DNA of 64,000 bases from a candidate division FCPU426 bacterium (GTDB taxonomy: Bacteria > Oederibacteriota > Muellerivitia > Muellerivitales > Muellerivitaceae), in the NCBI GenBank assembly GCA_963738405.1, contig CAVTWJ010000023.1:1-64000 (forward strand), read 5' to 3'. Positions 1 to 8,187 of this stretch are shown here, piece after piece. The notes beneath the pieces were generated by a model, which was not told where the DNA came from, did no database searches, and was given only the letters and a program-made list of their open reading frames with translations. A program made the position numbers and the translations under genes. Within the stretch, counting starts at the first letter, position 1; each line of letters begins with the position of its first letter.

Positions 1-1017
1 GCGAATGGTAATCTTTCGACTGACCAGATGTATTCTTATTCCTGGGATGGCGCTAACCGCCTTGTGGGAATTACCTCATTGAGCCCCACTCCTCCGACTG
101 TTGCAGACCACATCACTTTTACTTATGACGGAAGAGGTCGCCGTGTTGGAATTACAGAAAAACATGGCTCGACCATCCTGAGTGACAAGCGGTTCGTTTG
201 GTGTGAGGACAAGTTGTGCGAGGAGAGGAATGCCACCGGAAATACGGTGACCAAGCGGTTTTTCGATAATGGGGAACAGATCGGGGGGAGTAACTATTTC
301 TTCACGAATGACCATCTAAGCAGTATAAGGGAAATGGTGGACAGCACGGGGGCAGTTAGGGCACGCTACGATTACGACGCCTATGGGCGTTCCAAAAAAC
401 TTTCCGGCGACCTCGACGCAGATTTCGGATACGGGCATTACTACATCAACCGTTCAACAGGTTTATATCTCACTTGGTTCCGGGCCTACGATCCGGAAAA
501 GGGACGGTGGCTTTCCAGGGACCCGTTGGGAGAACTCATCAGCCCCAATATTTATTCCTATGTAGGGAATGGGCCGACTAATTGGGTTGATCCATATGGC
601 CTGGTGACGGTTTCGGTTGGTGGCGGATATACAGTAGTGCCTGGTGGGGGCGGGACAACAAATAACTCCGGGGGTTATTGGAGCCCCGGCAATGGCTCTG
701 GAACGTTTAATACTTCTGGTTGTAACAATAGCGGTCTTGATGTGGGAGCGGGAGTTAATTTGGGTATTTACGCAGGTGGCCCGGATCAGTTTATGGGTCC
801 ATTCATTAATTGGAATTTAAATACCCCGTGGGTGAGCTTGAATATTTTTTGGGGTCCAAATGGGAATTTTAGGGGAGTTGGAATCGGATTTGGGCCTGGA
901 ATCGGCGCTTCGCGTACGCAAACAAATACAACTCCGGGGGCGCAAGCGCCTAGCCCTGGTTGGCAGAATGGTTATGTACCGCAACCGAATAATAGTGGAA
1001 ATGGCTGTAAAAAATAA
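1..1017 (+). CDS. Rhs/YD-repeat protein, 3' part (core plus Gly/Asn-rich C-terminal putative toxin domain); begins before the window
   Basis: YD repeats, RAYDPEKGRWLSRDP core, PTNWVDPYGL cleavage motif followed by a divergent tail. Confidence 0.92.
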   Translation, partial: ANGNLSTDQMYSYSWDGANRLVGITSLSPTPPTVADHITFTYDGRGRRVGITEKHGSTILSDKRFVWCEDKLCEERNATGNTVTKRFFDNGEQIGGSNYFFTNDHLSSIREMVDSTGAVRARYDYDAYGRSKKLSGDLDADFGYGHYYINRSTGLYLTWFRAYDPEKGRWLSRDPLGELISPNIYSYVGNGPTNWVDPYGLVTVSVGGGYTVVPGGGGTTNNSGGYWSPGNGSGTFNTSGCNNSGLDVGAGVNLGIYAGGPDQFMGPFINWNLNTPWVSLNIFWGPNGNFRGVGIGFGPGIGASRTQTNTTPGAQAPSPGWQNGYVPQPNNSGNGCKK

Positions 1018-1023
1018 ATACTG

Positions 1024-1314
1024 TTGGAAAGGTTGGGATATTTGAAACGCTTAAAGACAACATGTAGGGCTTTACTTTTGCTCGTTGCTGGGATAGCCGT
1101 GACAATTTTTACTCCCAAAAAGGTTGACCCTATCTGGCTTGCTTTGTTATGGGCCGCGCTTATTGGGGTAGTCTACTTTCCGTTGGCTCGTATCAGGTGT
1201 CCGGAGTGCAAAAAATTCCCTTTCAAGAGCGTCATCAATATCGGCGGTATGCCCTTATTGTGTTTTTGGCCTAATCAGAAATGCGATCATTGCGGCAAAA
1301 AAATAGTTATTTAG
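1024..1314 (+). CDS. Small 2-TM protein with CxxC...CxxC, candidate Rhs immunity protein
   Basis: Immediately downstream of the Rhs stop; two hydrophobic segments; CPECKK and CDHCGK. Confidence 0.6.
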   Translation: MERLGYLKRLKTTCRALLLLVAGIAVTIFTPKKVDPIWLALLWAALIGVVYFPLARIRCPECKKFPFKSVINIGGMPLLCFWPNQKCDHCGKKIVI

Positions 1315-1409
1315 AGCCGTTTCTCATTTATTCCCCTTCTTCTGTCCCCGTGTTTCAATGAAAGACCTCTTGAGGATTTCGCGTTGAACACGCCGTAGGG
1401 TTCACTTAT

Positions 1410-2072
1410 TCACGCCGCCTCCCGGAAGTAGAAGTTAAGGATTCCGCCGAGCCTTTGACGACAGACGATCTTGCCCTTTGGGCTTCCTCTGGTTAGTTCT
1501 CGGGCAGGAAAGGGAATACGGCCAAGTCCTTGGTGGGGACGCTCCCCATGGAAATGAGCGAGATATTCCTTCAAAGAGTTTCGTAACATCGGTTCTCCCA
1601 AAATAATCATCTTGGATAAGCATTCTTCCTTTACGGACCTTACCCAACGTTCCGCATAGGCATTGAGATTTGGGCTTTGGAAGGGAAGCATCAGGGTTTG
1701 GATTCCCTCGTTTTGCAAGATTCGCCGGAAAGTCGGGCAGAATTGACCGCCCCGATCGTGCAATAAAATCATCCCTTGTTTGAGGAAACCCCAGTCCGGC
1801 ATGGTTAGGTTTTTGGCTATTTGCTTCATCCAATCCCCATCAGGGTTGGTCGTGATACCGGCTATGTGGACTTTTCGGCTCGCTTGGTGGATAAGGAAAA
1901 GTACGTAATAAGTGGTCAAGCCCCAAGGTTCCCAGACCTCCCAAGTGAAAAAATCGGTTCCAACCAGGGCCTCCCAATGGGATTGGGTGAACTTGGCCCA
2001 GGTGGGTCCATTCCTGATTCTATCCGAGGCAGGTGTAAGGCCATGTCGTTTCAAAATATTGCGGATAGTGGT
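1410..2072 (-). pseudogene. DDE/rve integrase-core transposase, 5'-truncated
   Basis: DFF...LHDRGGQF...SPNLNAYAERWVRSVKEECL...RPHQGL motifs; the N-terminus is missing at the 37-bp element. Confidence 0.85.
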
Positions 2073-2109
2073 GTTGCACACCATCCTTTTTGGGAGGGCC
2101 ATGTGCAGG
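2073..2109. repeat. 37-bp imperfect hairpin junction element, copy 1
   Basis: GTTGCACACCATCCTTTTTGGGAGGGCCATGTGCAGG, identical to 3917-3953. Confidence 0.9.
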
Positions 2110-2375
2110 CTATCCGCTACCAATTCTAGGGCTTCACGGACCGAGAGTCCGGCGCGAAAAAGGGTGATCATTTCCTGGTTGGCTTGGAGAAAATCCTCGG
2201 AATTCGCCTTCTGACTTCCCCATTTGAAGAGGGAGCCCCTTTTCAGGCGCACGCCCTTCAGGAAAAGACCCTTTCCTCTCAAGGTTTCCCGAAGGTCCTC
2301 CAGGCTTGGGGCGGCGGCTTCGCCCTCCACTTCCACTCCCTGCGAGTCCAAGACTTTATAGGTGTAGATCGGCAT
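2110..2375 (-). pseudogene. PilC/GspF (type II secretion F family) N-terminal fragment
   Basis: MPIYTYKVLD..G..VEGE...LRETLRGKGL...QEMITLFRAGLSVREAL; truncated at the 37-bp element. Confidence 0.8.
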
Positions 2376-2779
2376 GCGTGCTTCCCCGCCCTTGTCCCCT
2401 TACCCTGCACTTAACCCCTAGGGTTCCACAGCTTTTCACGAAAGAAAAAAATAACCTTTCCCGACCTCAAAGCCAACCAAATTCCTTCCTGTCCGTAAGG
2501 GTGGAGGTAAAAACCATTAAAACCACATTATTTTCATATGAAAAACCATGGGAGAAATAGAAGTAACTGGACGGGCCAGGGGTCAAAGTTTTATACCCAA
2601 ATGGACTTGGCACAAACAACAGGATCGTCACGAAAGGCGGTCAAAGCTTCGAGAAAGATTTTTAAACACATGAAGCACGTGAAAATGGTCAAGGGAATAA
2701 ATGTGCCAAATCCTTTGCAACTACAAATTCTCAAAGTAAAACTAAAATATCATTCATCGATATTTTCAAAAGGTAGACT

Positions 2780-3535
2780 TTAGTTTTTACTGTTTAACCC
2801 TTTTGGATACTCCAAGAAGATATTTTCTATTCCGCCAGAATCATTCACATATTTCACATTTACTTTGTCAGATAGAAAAATTGAGCTTTTAATATTATCT
2901 TTTAGGAAATCAGCATCTTTGATATTGATTTTTTTCTTTTGGGCTATCTCTTCGGAGAAAAGTTTCCCCACTTTGAGATAGACTGAAAAATCATTAGAAT
3001 CCTGATCTAGTGAAAGATATAAATGATCTGTTAAATCAACCGCTATAAGTTGAAGATAATTGTAAAATTTATTTATTTGATTGATAGAACTAATAACAGT
3101 GTCATCACCAGCCTCATCCTGAGTATAAAAATAATACATTTCATTATTTAGCCATCCAACGTAGACATTTTTTGGAAGGTCTTCGGTTAATTCAGTTTTT
3201 TGTTTTTTGTCAGGAATATAAAGCCATAAATCCCAAATATTCAATCCATCATCGTTTCCCGGTCCATTAACCATAATTAATATACTTTTCTTATCAGGGG
3301 ATGGATATTCGTAACCGTGTAAATCTTCGTCTTTTTGTCCTTTGTTCTTTATTAGTTGAAATTTCTGACTCTGAAAATATAAGTACCCCTCTTTTACAAC
3401 GCATGAATTAAATACCTCTTTGTTATTTGCATTGGGTCCGGGATATATAATATTTTTAGAATATGCAAAAACTGGAGTAAAAATGACAATCATTAGAAAA
3501 AATAATGCTCTTTGTTTCCATGAAATGGAACTCAT
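2780..3535 (-). CDS. AT-rich exported hypothetical protein, candidate immunity protein
   Basis: Signal-peptide-like N-terminus, low GC, downstream of a hydrolase-like fragment. Confidence 0.65.
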   Translation of the reverse strand: MSSISWKQRALFFLMIVIFTPVFAYSKNIIYPGPNANNKEVFNSCVVKEGYLYFQSQKFQLIKNKGQKDEDLHGYEYPSPDKKSILIMVNGPGNDDGLNIWDLWLYIPDKKQKTELTEDLPKNVYVGWLNNEMYYFYTQDEAGDDTVISSINQINKFYNYLQLIAVDLTDHLYLSLDQDSNDFSVYLKVGKLFSEEIAQKKKINIKDADFLKDNIKSSIFLSDKVNVKYVNDSGGIENIFLEYPKGLNSKN

Positions 3536-3613
3536 TATTCAATCCACCTTTAGAAGCTAGGATTTAAAAGTTCCCTCAATTAAATGATCTGAAGAATTAA
3601 ATGTATAAAATAT

Positions 3614-3916
3614 TTAATGAGGGTCTAAATCTTTCCCGCGTTGTATCTCCGCGCCTGTAGCCTCTAAATCCTTTTTACCGTTGGCTGGGTCTTTGGCATG
3701 ATCATTAAAAAATACCGTATTTCCCAAACGTTCAGGATTAATGTATTTCCCCTGAAGAATTGACTTAATGTAACTACTTTTGTTCTTCAAAGGCCCTAAG
3801 AAGGCAACTCCTTCGAATGAGGTTCTCCCTTTTGTCGGATCCTGCCCACCCAACATGACATCGAAGACTGCTCCACGAGCTGATTTTCCTTTAGAGCCCT
3901 TATCTGAAGAATAATC
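3614..3916 (-). pseudogene. C-terminal fragment, possibly SleB/cell-wall-hydrolase-like toxin domain
   Basis: DPTKGRTSFEG...LGNTVFF resembles the Hydrolase_2 C-terminus; the ORF's ATG comes only from the 37-bp element. Confidence 0.45.
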
Positions 3917-3953
3917 GTTGCACACCATCCTTTTTGGGAGGGCCATGTGCAGG
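3917..3953. repeat. 37-bp imperfect hairpin junction element, copy 2
   Basis: Identical to 2073-2109. Confidence 0.9.
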
Positions 3954-3992
3954 AGCCTGTAATTATTGGGTTTTTCAACATTCCGCTTTTCC

Positions 3993-4020
3993 TGTCCACG
4001 ACGGGTCCCCGTCGTGGACA
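3993..4020. repeat. 28-bp palindromic site 1
   Basis: TGTCCACGACG-GGTCCC-CGTCGTGGACA. Confidence 0.95.
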
Positions 4021-4026
4021 GGACAA

Positions 4027-4857
4027 CTATACGGTATTTAATGCTTCCGTCTTATCCATTGGCAATAGCCAACGCCCTAACGGGAAAGTGATTATTACGC
4101 ATAAAGCAATCCCTGTGCCCTGATACAGAGCCGGCAAACCCGTTGGTAAGGAAAACAACCCTTTGTGGTCTATGTTTGCCAGTCCCATGGAATCAAACAA
4201 TACATGGGTCAACGACCAGCCCCATATGACATATCCACCCCTCTCAAAAACATAAACTGCGGCAAGACCAAGAAAAAAAGCTACTAAGGCTGTAGCCAAA
4301 TCGGTCAGAAGAACTTCCTGGTTAAATCCGCCCAAAAGATCGACCAAGTGGGAAATACCCCATAAGGAACTGGAGAAAACCGCCGCAATGAGAAAGGAAC
4401 TTTTTTTGCGTAACGTTTGAAAAATGAACCCGCGAAAAAATACCTCCTCGAAAAAACCAGAAGTAATAAAGATTACCAGCCACAAGGAAAACCAATTTTT
4501 AAAAGGTTCCACAGAAATGCCATGCTGAAAATAATACAGGTAAGAGAAGCCATTACCCACTGCCACTGGAATGAGTGAGATGCAACCCACCGCTAATTGC
4601 CGGGAATTCAATTTTTTAAAACCCAGGTACCAAAAGCTTTCTCGCCACGAGGTTGAATTCCACTTCATGACAAAAAAGGCCGTTACAACGACGCAAAGGA
4701 ATGGCGGGACGGCCAACAGAGCCACCACTACCCCTCCTCCAACTCCCAAGAGACCGCCCATCCATTGCAACAATAATTGACCCAGGTTTTGAATCCCGAG
4801 AACGATAACTGTCAAGAAGACCATCCAAACGTAGGCCCATTTTCCAGATAAATTCAC
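4027..4857 (-). CDS. CPBP/CAAX (Abi) family intramembrane metalloprotease
   Basis: FEEVFFRG, LWGISH and THVLFD motifs; multi-TM; GTG start after GGAGG. Confidence 0.9.
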   Translation of the reverse strand: MNLSGKWAYVWMVFLTVIVLGIQNLGQLLLQWMGGLLGVGGGVVVALLAVPPFLCVVVTAFFVMKWNSTSWRESFWYLGFKKLNSRQLAVGCISLIPVAVGNGFSYLYYFQHGISVEPFKNWFSLWLVIFITSGFFEEVFFRGFIFQTLRKKSSFLIAAVFSSSLWGISHLVDLLGGFNQEVLLTDLATALVAFFLGLAAVYVFERGGYVIWGWSLTHVLFDSMGLANIDHKGLFSLPTGLPALYQGTGIALCVIITFPLGRWLLPMDKTEALNTV

Positions 4858-4879
4858 TGACTTATTACCTCCCATTACC

Positions 4880-4907
4880 TGTCCACGACGGCTCCCCGTC
4901 GTGGACA
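4880..4907. repeat. 28-bp palindromic site 2
   Basis: TGTCCACGACG-GCTCCC-CGTCGTGGACA. Confidence 0.95.
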
Positions 4908-4929
4908 ACGCTTATTTAGAAAATCAAGA

Positions 4930-5745
4930 TTAAGGCTTAACCTTGAAATTGCTCAAAGTAAATGAATAACCGCTATCTCTTTTCCCTTCGCCAGGACTAT
5001 AAAGTGTCATTTCGATAGATTTAGGGAGAAAGTATTTCCCAGCCTTGGCTAAATTGTATTTAAAATCCGTTGGGTAATTCCCTGTTAACAAATTACTTTC
5101 GATCAGCAAGAATCCCTGCATAGTAGGTTTGAAATCTAATTTAAAAGTAACTATTTGCCCATCTGGCCCCGTTTGAGTTTGATTAATCATCTTCATATTT
5201 TCGTCAAACTCATTAGTCATGTAATTTGCCTCATCAAAATACTCAGTGATCTTTAATCCGCTTTTCAACCGAACGATTTTATAGGTGTCTTGGGTCAAAC
5301 TTTGTTTAGGGTTGAGAGGACCCCACATGTCCGCAAGCCAAAGGCTGATTCCTGATTTTAAAAATTCATTTATTTGTTTGCATATTTCTCCCACCTTTTG
5401 ACCCCATTCAGTGGAGTCTGGCGAAGGATCACCGATGGTATCCACTTTAACTTCCATTTTCGAATTGGAGTCCCATGAAATGTGGAACTTTACGCGACTT
5501 AAGGAACTGCGAAGCTTTTGGATGGGTTCATTCTCTGGAAGAACATTTGCCATCCATTTTGCTGGCTCGGCGCTTCCATCGCAGGAAAAGTTATTCAGTC
5601 CTTGATCTGCTAAACAATAATAGGCCTTGTTTACCCGTAGCAACAAAGGAAGGGCCTTGGGATTCGCCGCCCCAAAAGCAGGTATACACTGAAGTCCTTG
5701 AACAAAGAAAATCAGAAAAAAACATATTTCATTCAATTTTTTCAC
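4930..5745 (-). CDS. Exported hypothetical protein
   Basis: 271 aa ORF with signal peptide. Confidence 0.75.
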   Translation of the reverse strand: MKKLNEICFFLIFFVQGLQCIPAFGAANPKALPLLLRVNKAYYCLADQGLNNFSCDGSAEPAKWMANVLPENEPIQKLRSSLSRVKFHISWDSNSKMEVKVDTIGDPSPDSTEWGQKVGEICKQINEFLKSGISLWLADMWGPLNPKQSLTQDTYKIVRLKSGLKITEYFDEANYMTNEFDENMKMINQTQTGPDGQIVTFKLDFKPTMQGFLLIESNLLTGNYPTDFKYNLAKAGKYFLPKSIEMTLYSPGEGKRDSGYSFTLSNFKVKP

Positions 5746-5774
5746 CTTATATTCCTTCCCTCGATACGTTTACC

Positions 5775-5802
5775 TGTCCATAACGGGTCCCCATCGTGGA
5801 CA
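5775..5802. repeat. 28-bp palindromic site 3
   Basis: TGTCCATAACG-GGTCCC-CATCGTGGACA. Confidence 0.95.
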
Positions 5803-5812
5803 ACTCGCAGTC

Positions 5813-6238
5813 CTATTTACTCAAGTCTTTTTTGATTGCCTCAATCGTGGTTAATTTTTCCCAAGTAACAAGCACACCCAGCAATTTCTTTTGCCCGTTT
5901 AGGAGTTTATAAAACCTTAATTGGCAACTATAACCGCGGCCCCCTTGTTCGTAATAAATGAAAAAGTAATTTTTGGAGAATCCCGCGAAAATCAACCTAG
6001 CGAATGGCCAGGAAGGGTTTGTGACTACATCCGTTTTTTCAAAAGGTTCATTGGGGTTGGCAAATTTCTGGGTCGGCCAACAGGAAGATGGTATTTTTTC
6101 TTTCTGGCTAACGATCCGAAATGATTGGTCTAAAAAGATTTTCTTCGTTTTGCCATCAAACCCAATGTTACCGATATCTGCCGACACGCGGTCAGCCACT
6201 ATCAACAAGAGAAAAATACCAAGAGTTCTATATCTCAT
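5813..6238 (-). CDS. Exported hypothetical protein
   Basis: 141 aa, signal peptide, GAGGAGG upstream. Confidence 0.75.
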   Translation of the reverse strand: MRYRTLGIFLLLIVADRVSADIGNIGFDGKTKKIFLDQSFRIVSQKEKIPSSCWPTQKFANPNEPFEKTDVVTNPSWPFARLIFAGFSKNYFFIYYEQGGRGYSCQLRFYKLLNGQKKLLGVLVTWEKLTTIEAIKKDLSK

Positions 6239-6264
6239 ATAAATCTAAACCCCCTCCTCGAAGC

Positions 6265-6292
6265 TGTCCACGACGGGTCCCCATCGTGGACA
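6265..6292. repeat. 28-bp palindromic site 4
   Basis: TGTCCACGACG-GGTCCC-CATCGTGGACA. Confidence 0.95.
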
Positions 6293-6307
6293 AATCGTAG
6301 TTCGTTT

Positions 6308-7246
6308 TCATTGGCGCAATCTTCCCGGCGGCAACATGATAACGCGGATGGGCATTTCAGTTCTTTTTAGAAGAAATCGAGAAAGAGTAGGGGGATCGCT
6401 GGTGTAGGGGTTGTGTATGCCGGAAAAATATATTTTTATTCCTGATTTCGTGACAGAAACCTTCGTAGGGAACATTCCGTCTCCTTTTGAGGAATAATTC
6501 AAAAGAGTCATTGGATCCTTGAAGGGACATGCGACCGTTGGAAGCTTCCAATGTGGAATGGGCTGAGTTTTCCCCGTTGGAGCCTTGGGGGCGAACTCTT
6601 CCTTTTTCGCCCAAAAGGCCTCCCAGGCCCCCTGGTTTTCGAGGAAGGTACTGGCTGTGGCCGGGGCATGGCGAACGGTGTAATAAGCAACTGGATTAGG
6701 CGTGATATAGTCCTCGATACTTTCGGTTACGAGGGGCCGATCGGATTTTTTCAACAAGAAGCATGTGACCGGTGGAAATTTCGGGAAGGGACGGGGTGCT
6801 GCCCCACCGTTTCGCCCTAAAAAGGGAGATAAAACAATATGGATCCCCGCCTTCGTCCAATAAATTTCCGTTACCATTTCTTTGTGGTTTTTGACAGGGC
6901 TATACAACAAAACCATCTCTTCCTTGAAACTCACGGGCGTCCCCGGAAACCCCAACGAGTTGATGACTTTACCGGTTCCAGGTTCGCTTTCCTTTAGAAG
7001 CATCGCCCCGCCCAACTTTCTCCAAAATACCTTCCAATCCTTTTCACTTTTGATGAGGGTGATGTCCTTGGACGGGTTTTGTTGGACGACATAGGTGGCC
7101 ACCGGTTTTGGGTCCAAATCAAAACCCCCGATCCCATCCGCCGCGTGGGCAAGACCGGAACAACCCAAGGCCAAAAGGGCGCTTCCAAGAATCATTCGAC
7201 AGATAAAATCGGATGTTCTAACCAAAACGAACCCTCTATTCGACAT
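6308..7246 (-). CDS. Exported hypothetical protein with an internal domain duplication; start uncertain
   Basis: Two related halves (PKPVATYVV..WKVFWRK..FLLKKSDRP and PNPVAYYTV..WEAFWAK..FLLKRTEMP). Confidence 0.75.
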   Translation of the reverse strand: MSNRGFVLVRTSDFICRMILGSALLALGCSGLAHAADGIGGFDLDPKPVATYVVQQNPSKDITLIKSEKDWKVFWRKLGGAMLLKESEPGTGKVINSLGFPGTPVSFKEEMVLLYSPVKNHKEMVTEIYWTKAGIHIVLSPFLGRNGGAAPRPFPKFPPVTCFLLKKSDRPLVTESIEDYITPNPVAYYTVRHAPATASTFLENQGAWEAFWAKKEEFAPKAPTGKTQPIPHWKLPTVACPFKDPMTLLNYSSKGDGMFPTKVSVTKSGIKIYFSGIHNPYTSDPPTLSRFLLKRTEMPIRVIMLPPGRLRQ

Positions 7247-7254
7247 GGTACCCT

Positions 7255-7282
7255 TGTCCATTACGGCTCCCCGTCGTGGATA
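7255..7282. repeat. 28-bp palindromic site 5
   Basis: TGTCCATTACG-GCTCCC-CGTCGTGGATA. Confidence 0.93.
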
Positions 7283-7303
7283 ACCTACCGTTCACCCCAA
7301 ACC

Positions 7304-7693
7304 CTAAATCAAGTCTTTCATCGGATAAAGAGACAGCCCTGGATATTGGTAATGGCGAGTGTTGAAGGTAACTAAGGTTAAATCATTCAAAAGGGCCGTG
7401 GCGGCGATAACAGCGTCAGCCCACTCACCCCGTTGAAGTTTGCGGGATGACGAACGAAGGATTTCCGCGGCTTTTCGGGCCGTCAAAGGGAGTACCGGAA
7501 ACACCTCATAGCTCCCTAAATGTTGGCGGACCGCTTTCATTTCGGAAGGTTTAGCCCCGACTTCCACCTCCAGAACATTGAGGGCCGAGCAGGCTATGGA
7601 TTCTTCCTCAGAAAGATTTAGCAATAGTTCCACTATCTCCGTCCGCCCGCGAAGGGCCCAAATAATGACGTCGGAATCGATCAGGTAGGGCAT
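7304..7693 (-). CDS. vapC: VapC-family PIN toxin
   Basis: YLIDSDVII...EVEVG...ADAVIAATA...LVTFNTRHY. Confidence 0.92.
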   Translation of the reverse strand: MPYLIDSDVIIWALRGRTEIVELLLNLSEEESIACSALNVLEVEVGAKPSEMKAVRQHLGSYEVFPVLPLTARKAAEILRSSSRKLQRGEWADAVIAATALLNDLTLVTFNTRHYQYPGLSLYPMKDLI

Positions 7694-7702
7694 AGGATCG
7701 GG

Positions 7703-7936
7703 CTATTTCCATCCCCGGATTCGGCCCAAGTGGCGATTAATACCGGCTTGGGTTGCCATATCGGGATGGTTTTTGTTCGTCCATGTGCCGGCGGTTTGCT
7801 TAAGAACTTTTTTAAATTTCATCGACCGAAGTTGTTTCTCGACCGCCTCCGCGACAAACCGGCTTCTTTGGCGGGCGGGAATGGATCGCTTCAGCTCGGC
7901 CCCCAACGCGTCAGGAAGAACAATTAAAGTTTTCAT
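7703..7936 (-). CDS. Antitoxin (ribbon-helix-helix-like)
   Basis: Small ORF directly upstream of vapC; RSRFVAEAV motif. Confidence 0.8.
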   Translation of the reverse strand: MKTLIVLPDALGAELKRSIPARQRSRFVAEAVEKQLRSMKFKKVLKQTAGTWTNKNHPDMATQAGINRHLGRIRGWK

Positions 7937-8187
7937 AGGAACCCCCCCCTTTTCTGTATATACGAGTGTATATCCATCAGCCCTTTTTCGCAATTCCCCT
8001 AGAAGCGCTCCCCACCTTTCATTCACCCCAATGCTATTTATGGCCTTTGGGTCATTACAGCGCAGATACGCAAATGCCTATAAGCATTTGCACCGCCAAG
8101 ACTTACACCCTAACTGGAAGTTAGGGAACAGTGCCCCAATGTTTTGTACGACATTGGGGTCAACAAGGCTTGTTCCGTAACTTGTAG

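Noticed and set aside
1410..2375. 321-aa PilC-integrase fusion protein
   Set aside because: Two truncated genes joined in frame through the 37-bp element; no evidence it is an evolved protein
3993..7282. Canonical integron attC sites or intrinsic terminators
   Set aside because: Too short, no consistent RYYYAAC/GTTRRRY boxes, no intI in the window, and no U-tract after the stems in the gene direction
2073..7282. CRISPR repeats
   Set aside because: Spacing is 0.5-1.8 kb and gene-sized, not spacer-sized
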